64,000 bases of DNA from Patellaria atrata CBS 101060 (taxonomy: Eukaryota). The stretch is taken from assembly GCA_010093705.1 (NCBI GenBank), contig MU006098.1:634666-698665 (forward strand). Reading direction: 5' to 3'. The position numbers and the translations under genes are program-made. Below, piece by piece: positions 35,862 to 50,524 of this stretch. Every line of letters begins with the position of its first letter. Position 1 is the first letter of the stretch. Under the pieces are notes generated by a model. It was not told where the DNA came from, ran no database searches, and worked only from the letters and a program-made list of their open reading frames with translations.

Positions 35862-36647
35862 TTATCTCTGGAGGTCCAATTCGATGTCTCTAATTTCTCT
35901 TCTTACTTCGTCTCTGACTTCCCCAAGCATACCCCCTGCGCGTTCCAAATCTTTTACAACAGCTTCCAGGCTAGACACAAAAGCATCGAGCTCCTTACGT
36001 TGTTCCTGAATCGTACCAAAAAGCTCTAAATTCGCATTCTGTGTGTTATTGAGCTCGGCCTTCAAACCAGTAGTTGTTGATGTGAGAAACGGCGCTAAAT
36101 GTGCGGAATATAGAGGTTCTGGTGGTAAAGTATGTGGCCTGCTCAGAAAATTCAATCAATCGGTATTCCACGAGGTCAATGGTGCTAAAACAAAACAAAA
36201 ACTTACGCAACCGGGGGTGTTGGAGGTCCTCCATTCGCAGTTAACTCGGCGCGTGTTTTTCTTCTCTTCGCGTCCTCGAGTAAAGCGTCGAGGATGTTCA
36301 ACGAGGGGATCACGTTGCGCTCAAGCATTATAGCTTCAAAATTGCTCTTGAGCATCCACACGGTCAGTTGAGAGTTCGAAAAGAAACTTATTTTGAACAC
36401 ACACCTTACAGGCCTCGCCCAACCGCCCTATGAAGTCCCGATGGAAGGCGTCCAATGTCTCCGGTACATACTCTGCTGGGGTAGGAAAACAAGCTGCGAA
36501 GTTCTTGTAGTTGCATTTCTTGAGTGTCGAGTTCAGAGCTTGGTTGAAGATATTTTGGAGAGCTTGCGCGCGGGGTCCCGGGGAGTCGGCAATGGGTGCT
36601 TGCGGAGTAGGAGAAGGCGAGCGACCGGTGGATGAAGCTGCCGGCAT
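35862..36647 (-). CDS. NNF1: Kinetochore MIND/Mis12 complex subunit Nnf1
   Basis: Motifs PGPRAQALQNIFNQALNSTLKKCNYKNFAACFPT, FEAIMLERNVIPSLNILDALLEDAKRR and PHTLPPEPLYSAHL, plus a C-terminal coiled coil. Two introns. Confidence 0.85.
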
Positions 36648-37390
36648 AACGTTTGTTCTGTGCAGAGAAATAGCTAGGAGGCGATAATCGTAAGTTTGAT
36701 TGCGTCGAGAGGGGGAACTGTGGTCGGGTGGGTAGTGAAGGTAACATAAAATTCTCCTCTGTTTACTTATGAAATCGGTTGAGCTTAAGGGATTACTTAA
36801 GCCCAATTACGGTAATCTCTATTGTCAGATGACGGGAGGTGCGGATGATCTTATCGCGGTTGCCCCAGCTGCAATCGTTAGGCGAGCAAGGTGTAAACAA
36901 AGCTGACGACTGGCCCCACCGACCTACAGCTGGCAACCCGAAGCTTCCAAGAAAATACCAAAACCAATCTACAACTTCCACCACATCACCACTGCCTACC
37001 GGCCTATTCAAACAATCATTACTCTACTTTTAGGACTCTATCTACAATCGCTTTCCTTCGACTGAACGAAATCACACGGGCCTGTCCGCTCGGTCGGACG
37101 TGCTCATTAGGACACCGTCAAGTCAGCCTCATTGTAATTCAGGACGAGAGCGCAACCACGTCACGAACTAAATGTATCAACGACGCAACGACCGTATTTC
37201 GCATCTGTAGATACCTTCGAACCTCGAGCCCGCGCATATTTGCTTTTTGTTTCGTCTTTTCATAGGGTCTTTAAGAAAAAACATCAATTTCCATAGTCTA
37301 AGGGAGACAACGCAAAAACAGGATATAAACCCGCTTTCAGCGATTCAATTCTGTTGCTTTAATAGAGGAATATTTGAAAGCCTTGTTACC

Positions 37391-39819
37391 ATGTCAGTCG
37401 AGAGAGGTGGGCTCGCCCCAGCAGGGAGCAGTACATATTCGTCAGATACTCTGTATGTTGGGGATGGCACTTGGAATTCGGAGAGGAACACATTCCTATT
37501 ACCAAATCTTATGGGTTTGAATTTTGAGACTATGCGATATAATGGTAAATATACTTTTAAGAAAAACTTCGTACCGACAACTGACATTCATTATAAGGGA
37601 TGGGCAATCGCTTTCGCAATTTGAACGGATATCATTCGATAGTTAAGGGGCACGGAATTGCTGCTGCGATAACATTTCTTTTCGTGATCCCAACAGCTAT
37701 TTTTATGGCTCGATTCTACCACCGTAATCCACGTATGGCGCTCCGGATGCATATCTGGCTACAAATCGTCACAGTTGGATTGGTGACGGCCACCTTCATT
37801 CTCGGCTTTGTAGCCGTTGGGCCATCAAGAGCGCTCACAAACCCGCATCATGGCATTGGCCTAGCAATCTACGTCTTAGTCCTAGTACAAGCTATCGGAG
37901 GTGGCCTGATACATCATGTAGAGAAGAAGAAGGAGAGATTTAAGATACCTCTCAAACTTATGGTGAGGACAGCTTCCTTGTATAGATAATACAAAAATAT
38001 ATCCTAACCGAGATAGCTACACCAATGGATGGGGCGCGCGATCGCTTTACTAGGTATTGTACAAATTCCGCTAGGATTAACTCTGTACGGCTCGCCCAAA
38101 GTTCTGTTTATTGTTTACGCGATCTGGACCGCTATGTTGCTTCTCGCGTGGTTTATTCTGAGCTATCGTAATCAGCCCATTATGGACGAGACCGGAAGTT
38201 ATATTTCTACCTCACGCACTGGGAGCAGAAGAAGTAGACACAAAAGTCACAAGGGACTTAAGGGACTTGCCGCAGTCGGCGCTGCTGGGGCGGGACTTGC
38301 TGCGCTGCGAAGAAGATCACGATCCCGTAACAGACGAGACGATGAGGTAATCAGCTCAAGACACAGCTCACATCGTCCATCGGATTCTTATATTGCCGAG
38401 GAAAAATACACGGAAGATGGTCATAAGCCGCATACCTGGAGAAATCGATTACTCGGCGCAGCTGCTGTCGGCGGAGCTCTTGCTGCTGCGCGTGGGCTTT
38501 TCGGTGGTAAAAAGAGGCGGGATTCTTACAGCGAGTCTAGCCCATATAACCACCATCCTCTTGGAGGCGCACATAGTTACGTAAGTCAAACGGATTTGAG
38601 CAGGATAGAAGAAGGAAGACCTCCGAGTTCACCTGAAAGTGGGAGGCATCATAGGCCCGGATTAGGGCACGCTGCCGCATTAGGTGCTGGTGCTGCTGGA
38701 GCTGCAGCCCTCACAGGCAGTCCATCCAGACCTCCACCAAGGCGGAGTGGAGCGTCCATTGATTCGTACGACAGTCGCTCCAGCTTTAGCGCCGAACCTC
38801 ATCCACGGCCATCGCATAATGCTCGAAACACCATTGCGGCACTGGGAATCGCGGGTTTCCTGCGCTCGAAACTTATGGGTCGGCGGGACAGGAAAGAGCA
38901 GCGTCGAATCGAAGAGATCCGAAAGCATGATATGACTCAAGAACGGATAGCTCGAGCTAACAGCCGACGACGAAGGTATACCGGGGATGGAAGTCCACGG
39001 CGGCATCACAGGCCACAATCCTACACGAACAGCGCAATCACTGGAAGCAATCCAGAGTTATCCCGCCATACGCTTCGACCTCCACCTGGTAATGGCGTTG
39101 GGGCTTCTACAACTACGGGAGATCCTCCCATCCTCCCGCCTCCACCGTTGGTAGATCCTGTGGGGATGGCACACGACTCCTCCGGCTCTGAAGCGTACAC
39201 ATCTGCTGGTGGCAGGAAACATCATCGTCATCGTGCTGGAAGAGACGCTGCTCTGGCTGGTACGGGAGCTGCAGTGACTGCGGGTCCATCAAATGGCCGG
39301 GATACAAGTCGCCAGCGGAGTAGTGACGGTAGTGTTGCATCGCCGCCTGTGTCAGTAAAAGTCAAAATGCACAACGATGGAAGACATGTCACGCTGCGAC
39401 GTTTGAATGAACAGGAAGCTGCAGCAGCACGAGAAGCGCGGAGACAAGAGAGGCAGCGCCGAGGACGGGCCGGGAGCTTGAGTTCGGATACTAACACAGC
39501 TGACGATAGATGGCGTAGGGCTGAAGGATGGAATCCCGCACAAGGTAGAGCCACTCCTTCAACCGACATTCCGGGACCTTCACTCGGCCCACCGCCGCCG
39601 CCAACACATAATGCCCAAGACGAGCTTCATCTACCTCCTCCGCCCCCCATTCCTGCATCTAACACGGTCATGAGCGGGAGTCCGGGACCAAGTACGGGGC
39701 CTTATGGAACGGAGACTGATATCAGTAATTACGACAGCAATAGAAGGAGACGTCGAGCAGAACGCGCGCAAGCGAAGGCGAGAGCAGCGGCGGGGGGGAG
39801 TCGAGTCGAATTCACGTGA
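37391..39819 (+). CDS. Cytochrome b561-domain membrane protein with long Arg/Ser/Pro-rich cytoplasmic tail
   Basis: TM helices with His ligands (KGHG, RMHIWLQ, NPHHGIG, LHQWMGR). Two introns (~37544-37597 and ~37963-38016). Confidence 0.82.
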
Positions 39820-41967
39820 TTGATATCGGCTGCGCGATAGCTTATAGTTAACCAGCTCGAGAACGAAGCACGTTATCTTCTCCAGAACTCTGTATTATAG
39901 CATCGATGCTTATTATGCCGGCAGGCTGGTGGGGACAAGGTTGATAATGTTTGTCATTTCTTGGCATGAGGCGTTGCGGTGGCGGGGACTTTTACGATAT
40001 TCCAGGTTGTTATGTTCCAGGTTCGGACTGCATCAGAGAAAATGGTGTTTTTGTCACAGTTAGGGCTTCGTATCTGCATTTCAATTGCGTTCAGCAGGAA
40101 GATACGATAATGAAGCAATTAGTTCGCACGACTGAGATCTGAAATTCGGATAACGTCGCCTTTTTACCCATTAATTCGGCCTCATCTAAATGTATTAGGC
40201 TCCTTAAAGGTGTCCGTGTAGTCTGTAGTCCTGTTGGACGCTCTTCGCACGTGGCATTTGCTGACAAGTGATATAGAGACAAGGTGGCCAAGTCCGTGGC
40301 TACCCGGATCTTCGTACTTTGATGCAGATTATCAAATATATCCTCTCTCTATCGGCGCATATACCTGATTACTACCTCTTGAAATGATGACTGGACGGTT
40401 ATGCCCCAAGATGAGAGAAAGTGGCAAGCAAAGTCCCTTTATACCTTACTACGTGCTTAACTGGGACTACACACCAGACAGCGAGAACGGCAGATGAGCA
40501 AAGTTTATTCCAAATGTGCGTCTCCTTCTTCGTGGAATGATGAAATCTCCGCTATTGCGACGATGAGGTCCAGTATCTTGATTTCCTAAATTATGGGACG
40601 TGTAGATGCCAAGGCGTGATGTTGGCTTTTTGGCAGGTTTGCTGGCTCTTGCTTTTTTTAGCGATGATGCTTTTAGGGTTGATCCTGCGATCTTCAGACG
40701 AGCACGAAGTGCATGACGTTTCCCAGCAGCACAAGGCTCAACTGCAAGACCTCCCAATAAAGTCGTTTCACCTTAACGATCAACTTTCGCCTTTACTTTA
40801 ACCCCCAACGTCCGTCCTCACTACCGTACGTGGTCTGCTCTTTATTGTCATCGTAATCCATATTGTGGCATCCCTAACTTCCTAGGTACACTTACAGCAC
40901 GCCGCGGAAAGTATACGTCGAACGGACGAAAGAGAGACCAGTGGATCGACCTGGGTCTACCATGGACCTACTCACGAGAGGCATCTGCCAACAGTTTACT
41001 CTCGGGCTCTCAATTCCTTCTCTACCTACCTGAAGATCGTCTAATATGGTCTGACCCATAGCATTTTGTTTATTTCTAGAAAACATCCAGTTCTGCTTAG
41101 GTCCCGAGACGACGGTAATAGAACGTACCGAGCACAAAACATGATATGATGATCTTTCAACACAGAGAGATGAAAGGAATCGCCATTCTCCTAGGCAGGT
41201 TCTGCCAATCCATAATCTAGATTGACCGCAGCTCACGGGCCTAGCCCGGATATCTGCCCGAGGAACAGTGGTGGATTGCTCTCATTCATGTGCCCAGGCC
41301 AACACCTTTTTTTTCGAAGAACCCTTTTATTTCTTTTTGCTCCTTGCCCACACTAAAAATTGGATGATAGCATTCGTCGAATTTCTCGATAATGCAAGTG
41401 GGAGGAGATTTCAGAAAGCCCCTGTGCGGACAGGACCGAAGTTACAGACCACTAGTAGCACAAAGGTTAAGGTAATGTATGCAGTTCGATATTAAGGTAC
41501 AAAGTTTCCAGTCATGAATAGCCGTTGCAGTATGACCTTCCTCCTTTGTTGGTAAGGCCCGTTCTCCTTCTAGTACTGGCTCAAGCTTTTCACTACTTGC
41601 ATGCACCTCCCCTGATCCTTCAGCCCCGTCGTGTTTCTGCCTGTCACAATAGAACGAACAGCACAGTTTATCATTGGATACTTCTCTCTTCCGCCTTTGA
41701 AGCATGCCATTGAAGCAAGTGGCTTGGCCCCCCATCGGACTCTGCTACCCACTCACCTTTTACGACTCCAGCTCCATGGCTCAATACCCATATAGTAGGC
41801 AGCCCATTAGGAGGTGGAGATGAATTTTAGCACAACCGTTTTTAAGACAACATACCCGCATGAAGAGCAACGTCCAGAGGTCACACACAAAAGCTGAATC
41901 AATGGGTGTGTAGATGTTCTAGGAGGTTTTATGACCTCCTTCTGTCACATGCTTTGTTCTTCTCATC

Positions 41968-44121
41968 ATGTCTTCTTCTACCCCTCCTCCAACAACTCCT
42001 CCTGCTTCTACTTCCGTAAAACGAGCCTGTGATAAGTAAGAATTCTATTCTCCCATATCTCTCTTTTCGTTTGCTCGTTATCAAGAAAGCACCTTCGAAT
42101 TGACAAGTTCCGCTACTTCCAGCTGTCACCGACGTAAAGTAAAATGTCTCGGCGAAGGCACAAAACCGTGCAAAAACTGCGTAACCGCCGGTCTAACGTG
42201 CACCTACAATGCAATTCCTCAGAAGAAAGGCCCTAAAGGATCCCGGGCAAGAGTACTTTCTGAACTTCGAGAAACGCAGCAGCGCCAGTCTCAGGCGGGT
42301 GGATCTAGCCAGGGTACCGAAGTCCCTTTCGATATACGCACTACTCGCCTCTCCGGTCTTCTCACGTCGAATCTAATCAATCTTTGCGTCGACTACTTCT
42401 TCAACAACCTCTACCCTTCACATCCATTTTTGCAACGCCAGAGAATTCAAGAGATCATCACTAGCATGGACCATTCTATAGAAGCATACTGTATGGTAAC
42501 AGCTCTTTGTGCTTGGATGATGATACAGCCCGATATGGTCATTCCCCCTAACGTTGCATTGCATGGCGAAGCTGGATCTATGAACGCGCAAAACCTCGGC
42601 CCCGTTCTACTAGAAGAAGTCGTGTTGGTCCGCAAAGGTTACAACTATGTGGAAAACCCGACCTTGTTATCCGTGCTAACGTCCTTTTTCTGCTTTGGAT
42701 GTTTCTTCTGTCTGGATAAACATAACAGTGCGTGGTTTCATCTCATGGAGGCTACGACATTAGCCCAGCTCCTTGGGATACATGATGAGGAAACATACAA
42801 ATCGGGGAGCAGTCTCGAAAATTCACGAAAAAGGAGATTATTTTGGATTTTGTTTGTTACAGAAAGGTAATATCCCAGTTTCTGGTTCTAAAGATAACTG
42901 CGTCTAAGTGGACCGTTTGCTCTGGTTGCCGCGTTAAAATATCTCCCCTTTCTACTCAAGAGACATTTCAACGTTTATATCTTCCTTGATGAGAGGAGCA
43001 GAAGGATAACTTACCATTAATACTTTTCTAGAGCATACGCCCTCCAAAAGCATCGTCCACTCTCGCTCTACCCCGCTATTGCCCTCCCCTCGCTCGATGT
43101 GGATCCAATCGACCGCAAGTCCCTAAGCGGATTCCTTCATCTGGTCAACCTCTATAAACCCTTCGACCACAGGTTTATTGGTCTCTGGAACAAAGTCCGT
43201 ACCGATTGTCTCCCCACATGGCTTATTTCGTTACAGACGCAACTGCGAGAGCTACTCCCCGAGTACCTTGATGTCACAGAGGTCCAGGTGGTTGATCTAC
43301 GAACGTCGCAGCAATGGTTGAGGACCATGGTATGGCAGCTTAGTATCAGTCACGGCTTCATCTCTAGCGTCGCTGCCGACAACGCCATGAATTTCAAGTA
43401 TCCAATTGAGATTTCAAGAGATCTATTAGCAATGTCTACACAGTTTAGTCAGCAGGCGATGGAAGTGCATGGAATCGGGCTTGTAAGAGATTAACTTCTC
43501 TTTTAGACCTCTCAGTGATCGTATGTGACCTAGTATTGCTCGCTACTAACCGATTCGTGAAATTAGGTAGAGAAGTTCTTCGACATCGCTTGCACCCTAG
43601 TCGACGTCATGGCCGTTGTCCCTTTCCAACAGCCCACATTCGAGTTGGGCCCTCGAGATTACCTCAACCGCTTTCTCTCTCTCATATCCAGCTTACGTGG
43701 TGGCCAGCAACGCTATCTGCCCCTCCTCTTGTCCAAAGTTCATGACGTCCTTCCAAACATGCAGCTACCGGCTTACCGCGGCGTTACTAGCCCCAGCAAT
43801 CTCACCTCAAATGCTCGCATGGAGGAGTTATATGAGGACCCTGCTTCGGGCCCTAGTTCGCACTCACCGACTCCTTACGAGAGCCCATCTCAACACGGTG
43901 CTATCCCAATGCGTCACGCGGCGCCGACCGCGTACGGGGACCTCCACTCTCAGACGCCACCAATGACCGCACAGTATGGGCACCCGACGTTTGGCAATCC
44001 CATGTTTCCGGAGCAGGTGCCGACGACGCAGACAACCCCGGGCCAAGGAATATACACGTCCCATCAGCCACAGATGCCGCAGTCGGGCCAGCAACATGGC
44101 CAGCAACAGCACCATCCTTAG
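41968..44121 (+). CDS. amyR: Zn(II)2Cys6 transcription factor, AmyR/COL-26-like
   Basis: Spliced N-terminus VKRACDNCHRRKVKC..PCKNC..LTCTYNAIPQKKGPKGSRARVLSELRETQ. Also RRLFWILFVTERAYALQ, DLRTSQQWLRTMVWQL and MEVHGIGL. Three introns. The symbol marks family similarity, not proven orthology. Confidence 0.82.
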
Positions 44122-47100
44122 AATTGTTTTTGAAGTGGCGTTATGCAAGAGTGGGGAGTGCTTACTTGTTCTCACGCAGAGTCAGGGGCAACGGGGATAC
44201 GAAGAAATCCGAACGAAAGAGAAATGGAAAAAGGGAGGGTACGTGCACAGGACCAAATGAGTAAATGAAAAGGATGCAATGAGCAAAGCAACATGGATTC
44301 ATTGCAGTCTTGCAATTTGCAATTCATAGCAATAAGCAACCATCACGAACAGAGAGGAACTATGGAATATTGGAATATCCCACAGCACGGTCCACATTTT
44401 GCACCGAGCACGTGAAGCAAAAACCCGGGTTGGCTGTTTCTTATCCTACGGTGGCAATTATAAGGGACCTGTTCCCCTTTCAAAGACACGTTGTCCTGGG
44501 GTAGTTCACACACGTGGAGAAACGATACTCCTAGAACAGCCCTTGATGATCTTCCCAAATAGAGTTCCACTAGATTTTCCCTTCCTTCTACCGAGGAATT
44601 CTATTATTCAAGACTTTTTGGTGGTATTGTGAGCGATTTTAATCACTTAAATAGAACTATCTTGTCCTCTGGTAGGGGGAAGCGAGCACTAAGATTCCAA
44701 GATACCTGTATATTAGGAAGCTACTATTACCTGTATATTAATTAGACTTGACTACTCGTAAATGTACAAAAAGCATACTGTTGAATGATTATCCTAAGCC
44801 GGTCGTCATCATTCTCCGATTCTAGGAGTCGGATAAAGATTATTTGATGTACAGGCAAGCTCACCGGATTACTATAGGCTATCACTCATGTAGTTCCAGT
44901 TGAAATCCACAAACGCCACACGTTTAGCACGTCCTTCTGAAACTTTTCTAATGTGTTCTAGAGGCACGTGGAGGAGTACTATTTGTCGATCACGGCTTTT
45001 CCGCCCCTCAGCCTTTTTGCAGATCCGGATGTAGGAAATGTCTCGGGCGGCACAGTGCCGATCGGGTGACGACACAAGCGATCTGGGTACTGCTGTTGGT
45101 GCAGTCCAACTTGACAGGAGGATGATTTTAATTTGCTGCTTAAAAAAGTATTAGATAGCTGACGGGTGAAGAAAGGGGACGATGATGCAAGGCCCTCTTC
45201 CACATACGGAAGGTGAGCTCCATCTTGAGGCCAGAACTTCCTCGCCTACCTCCGCAACCTCTTCCACAAACAACCTTTCGTCCCTTTTTCATCACCATTA
45301 TCCCGTCATTCGTCTTCTTGTTCGATCCCTTTCTTGACTATCCAACCCTAAGGCTACATGATTTCAACTTTTTTTTTAGGGATGTAGATGCGAAATGAGG
45401 AGGCGTCAACTAGTCCTTGCACCCACCCCTTTCCACTATTCAAATTTCCTGCTGTATCCTCCCTGAATTCTGTCTTTAACCTGAACATGACCAACAGGTT
45501 TATAGTTTTTGTTAGCTCGGTTAGCGCTATTTTCAGCGCAATAGGTACTGTATAGTTTTCTTCTACCTCCCCTGTTATCCGCGCGGCGAAGAAATCAATG
45601 GCTCCCCACGTTTGACTACAACATAGGTCAGGGCAGAAACGCCGTCGTCCCCCCCAAAGCCCTCAATGCTGGGTTTCAATAACGAATGAATAGGATTTGT
45701 ATCCACTCTCCACGCTGGCATCGGACGCATCTACAAATCCATCATGGCAGCGGAACTTATTATGCAACTCTGCGACGGCCCCTATCATATACCCCTGACA
45801 TCCTGCTCCATACTGGCATGAGGATCGAAGAGAATATGTTTTGCTTGTGCTGCAATGCAACGTCTAAACGATACGTGTTGCTCTGTTGCTGTTGTTTTTG
45901 GTCAAATATTCCTTGAGCTAGTCTCAATCACCATGTCCAATATAAGGGTGCATGATGAGCTTGCGCAGTTATCGGCCCGATCAGTCCACCAGTTCCTAAT
46001 GATTGGCTCTTCGAACCAATTATACAGTTAATCAACCTCGGGTTTTCGGTTCTGAGATACTATGTCATGTTCGTAACGACGTCTATGCCTTAGAGGCATT
46101 CGCAGCGCAACCATGCCGTGCTCTTACACTACTCCTAGCAGCAGAAAAGAAACCACAGAAAGGAACGGGACGATCCCGTGTCTACCCGGTGCTGATCTAG
46201 CCCTTCCATTAGTCATGCATGGATACCTGTCATATGCAAGCCACAACACTATTCCTCTCTCTCTCCCGGCAATTGAAAATCATTCCGGCTGCTCTATGTT
46301 ATATTATCGTAAAGTAGTGTACATTTCGGCACGGAAAATTGTCCGTATTCCCCTTTCCCGACTATCTACCGTTAGAAACAATTACTAGCACTGAAATTTG
46401 ACTCAGTTAAGTGCATAGCAGAAGTGATTGAATCTCGGTTTTGGCATGTCTGGAATGCGGTACTATTTCTGGAATCCACTTTATTACCGAAGAGATACTT
46501 GCAATATTCAATTACAGGGTCTTTCACCGGAATCATGACGCTTTGTTGATGATGCTCGTCACCGCAGAAGCTAGGAGTAAAGGGAAGCACTCGAGGAGTG
46601 GAGCGAGATAGCTGTGGTCAGCATCATTGGTAAGATAACGTGCAGCAACATGACGTGCAGACGATCATCCCGTTCCGCATCCACTCTAAATCAAGCGCGC
46701 ATCTCGTTCTGGTCTAACAGGGCTAAAGGTTATCATTGATCTAGGACTTCCCCAAGCGCGCATAAACAGGGATCGTTGATCAAGTATGGCATTGAAACTT
46801 ACCATTGCTTCAAGTTAAGCAATCATCTTACCAGAGGACGAGTTTACAACTATGGCAATTGGGCGGCAACAAACTCATGAGAATAATGATCCAAAGGAAA
46901 ATTGTCACCCTGGAATTACAACTGCTGTAGGATACGTCAGAGGTACTAAACAAGCAAAGACTATTCACTGCGAGTATGTCTGGCCATCCATGTTAGATCT
47001 AACTTCTCCGGTTGTTGAAGAACTGCGTGCATAGAGTCTGCTTGCACTGCCCAAAGGAAGTTACGATCTAAACTCTCCAGCTGAACGTTATTTTTTCTGG

Positions 47101-48963
47101 TTGTCTATTTGGTTCAGTCCAGTCATTTCCTCAATCTCATAATTTCGGAAAAGCATTGTAATTTTGCACTATCCAGTCATCTCGTACGGTTTAATTGTCC
47201 TCTACAGTCTAGTAATATTGTTAAATCAGACGAGAGAGCTTCAAAATCAGTATAGGAGGGTAGTGTCTAATACTACGAAGGAAAGAGAAGGTTTACTCCC
47301 CCATACCTTTAAGGGGGACATAACTAAGTAGCTTGTACACCGAGTCTAGGAGACTAAATTTTGACATTTCGACCGGAAAACCCCTCCAAGGCTGGTTTGA
47401 ATATGAAAAATAATGTTATATGTGGACTTACCGGACCCCTTATTTTATAAGAATGCGTAGTATGGACTATTGTACACCAGTGTCATCCCCTGATTTAATC
47501 TTCGTCTTTAGCATCTGCGCAATCTGAAAGCGAGACTTTAAAGAACCGATTAAATCAATCTTCTCGCTAACTCCTCAGAACCATAAATAAACCCTGGCGT
47601 GCAAAGATGAGTGGGAGGACACCACAACTACTCCAGATTCCTTATCATACCGTATCAAGTCTAGAACCTCTAAACCTAAACATCAACAGGAAGAATATTC
47701 AAAGATCAGGATCTAACCGCGCGAGGGAAAACTAGGCGCTCATATCTAGTGCATAATTCCCCACCAAGCTACACCGCTAAGCAACCTCACCATTCTGCTC
47801 CCCATTGACTACCTTGTGTCCTCGTTCCGCCTGACCAGATCACTCTTTGAGGAGGTAGACTAAACGTAATAGATAAGGGGGTGTATGATACCACGTTCGT
47901 GGTTACAACTGCGCGAATCGTTGCGGAGCTCGCCGAGAGACGGTCGGGGGGAGGGCTTCATCCTATTTGAGCATAGGCTAGGGGCTGGGTTGTATGGCGC
48001 TATTGTTGGAGGATATCTGGGGTTGAAGATATTGATCCAGTGGGTGGGTCTGGCTTGTAGAATGCTTTTGGAGTATCGCAAGTATCGGGATCTGGTCTAC
48101 TTCGGAAATGTTGGGAATGTTTCTTCAATATTCCTTAGGAAAGCGGTATGGTTTGAATTCGAGTCTACTGTTTTCAGCGTATTATATTTCCCGGTCCATT
48201 TCCTTGTCGAGTCTTCAGAACCTTTATTAACACTTCATAACGGTTGAGATTTTATGATAAGCAGGACCCGACGAAAGCACCAGAGTATAGGCATTATACG
48301 CACAGTAAGCCAAAAGGCCGACGAGAAGGAGTGCATGCGCGTGCTACAAAATCGATGATGCACAACGGTGAGGTTCATTTCTCTGCCTAGAGTGCAACCC
48401 TTGGCCGTTGTAAACACTCTCAGGATAATGTCTCCTGAACCGTGGTATTTCCGGACCGAAGAGCTGCGGGCCGATCTGGTACTGTACAGGCTGCAATGCT
48501 GCATACGGGAGCTGTATAAAGTGAGTAACGCGTATTGAGTTAGGAATACGGGTACAGCTATGGACATTCCGTGTACGGTTGACAATTCGTACACAAAGCA
48601 TTTGACTCTATGGTCAGTAGGTAGCAAGTGTAGTAGTTGAAAGATGCCGCCGGTTTACAATTATATTGATACTTGTAGATGACTAGTAGATTTGTAAATG
48701 CTATCCGCTATGGAAGGAAATGAGCGAATCGTAAAGGAACTGGCATAATAGTTATCTAAATATGACCATACATTGGCCAGGAAGTGCTTTTAAGTTTGAA
48801 TATCAGGATTAGGGATTTATGACAGACTTTATCTACCAGACTCGGGAATGAAAACTTTCCTCGTCACGGTCATATAGATACCAGAATCTGTCCGTGTAAT
48901 TTGCTGGCAATTCTTCGGACCCTTCTTCACGGTCTCCAGAAGAAAATTCCTCGTACATATTGA

Positions 48964-49936
48964 TTATCTTTTGGGGGGCTTTAGCGTTCTCGCCGTAAAG
49001 AAGTAATTCCTGTCCTCGGAGACCAATACCACCTCCTTCGCCAGTCTGGAAGCATCATAACCAGGAAGAGCAAGTACGGATTTCTCGAGTTGCAGGTCCC
49101 CAAAATACGTGTGTATCACAGGCAGGTATCGATTTGCTAAAAAAGAAAAAAAAAACCCTATGTATACAGTTCCACTTTTGGGTGCTGCGTGCAACAGCCC
49201 CCATACCCTTGAGCGCCCGCCGCTTCCCGCGTGGTAGCCGTCTGATCATTTTCACTATATTTGTGATAAAGTCCGACGGATCGTCCGGAAACTCCACAAC
49301 GAACCTCGTGGAGGTCTAGGCCAGATTGCTGGCCTCTACATAGAATTGACGGCATGTGAGTAAGGGAGCTAAGTCCAGGGACGCTTTTCGCTGCATGGTA
49401 TCCCCCCCAATATCGTGTGTGAGCGGAGGAAAAGCATACTCGTAGACCAAGTTCCGTATCTCGCCAGGCAGCTAGAAGAAAGGGCTGTCAGAATGTTTAG
49501 GGGATGTGTTAGCCATTTAGCGTTGGAGCATCAAGTCCTCTCCCTAAAAATTCGTAGTAGTGCGTTCCAGGTACTTATCCGCGGCGAGAAAGTCTGGAAC
49601 AAGAGACCAATCAACAGAATAGGGAGCTTCCAAAGGTTGCTCCTTCAGGACTCTCGCGGCCTCTCGAAGTAGGGAAAACGAGTCGTGTCTTTCCTCTAAT
49701 TCTTTAATTGCCAACCTGTACAATCGTTCGTACTCGGCTTGCTGAGCTTGCTCGGCCTCTTGCTTTTCTAACGCAGAGGATTTCCGCTTGAATGGGAACG
49801 TCCAGCTTTTGAAGAGGTTCGGGCGTCGTCGAGATAAAGAATCCCAAAGCGCCTGAAACCTTGAGGGGCCTCGCTTATTTTTCCGTTTCGAGATTCGGTG
49901 ACCATCTCGGTGCTGGATAGAATGTTTTATTATCAT
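48964..49936 (-). pseudogene. Pseudogene of a fungal F-box-like protein
   Basis: One reading frame ...SPFF*LPGEIRNLVYEYAF...LLTCRQFYVEASNLA*TSTRF is broken by stops at 49544, 49517, 49472 and 49316. A later frame switch occurs near the T-run at ~49140-49156. Confidence 0.75.
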
Positions 49937-50524
49937 TCTTGATAGAATTTTACGATGATTAAATTTCGAAAATGGGACGAGGAGTCGAATTTGTGCTCAT
50001 AAAACCAAGCAGAGGAATAATTATTTTATAGTTATTGGAGGTGGTGGATCACGATGTGTGACCTAATTCAAAATCTATGGTTTCTGATACTCATACCCTT
50101 GGTACAATTATACTGACCCAGTCTTCAGGACCTTCAACCAAAAGTGTGGTGGAGTATATGTGGTCTTTCTGGGTGTAACTCATACTCGATAAATTTCGCG
50201 ATAATAGAGTAGGTAAATCGGTTCTTTCCAATTTTCGAAACTTGATACCAGAGATCAAGGCAAGCTTATATCTTCTCCGAAAATTAACTGATATGCACAT
50301 ATGCAAGTTCACAATAGCATGAATGATCTAATAGAAGACGGGTATAATTTGCTGTACTATGTCTCCACTACTGCAGTCCAAATCGCTAAAAGTGCTGTAC
50401 CGTTTCACGAAGCCCAACCAGACCGCCTTACAAGCCAGGGGTATCTGTACTGTACTGTGCCATAAAACAAAAAAACTCATCCATTTCGCTGACACAAACC
50501 GCCAATTAACCCACAGCGATATGT

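Noticed and set aside
44872..45360. Possible minus-strand gene relic with a canonical-looking intron (GTATGT..CTAAT..AG)
   Set aside because: The upstream frames contain stops and no family is recognisable, so it is too weak to annotate.
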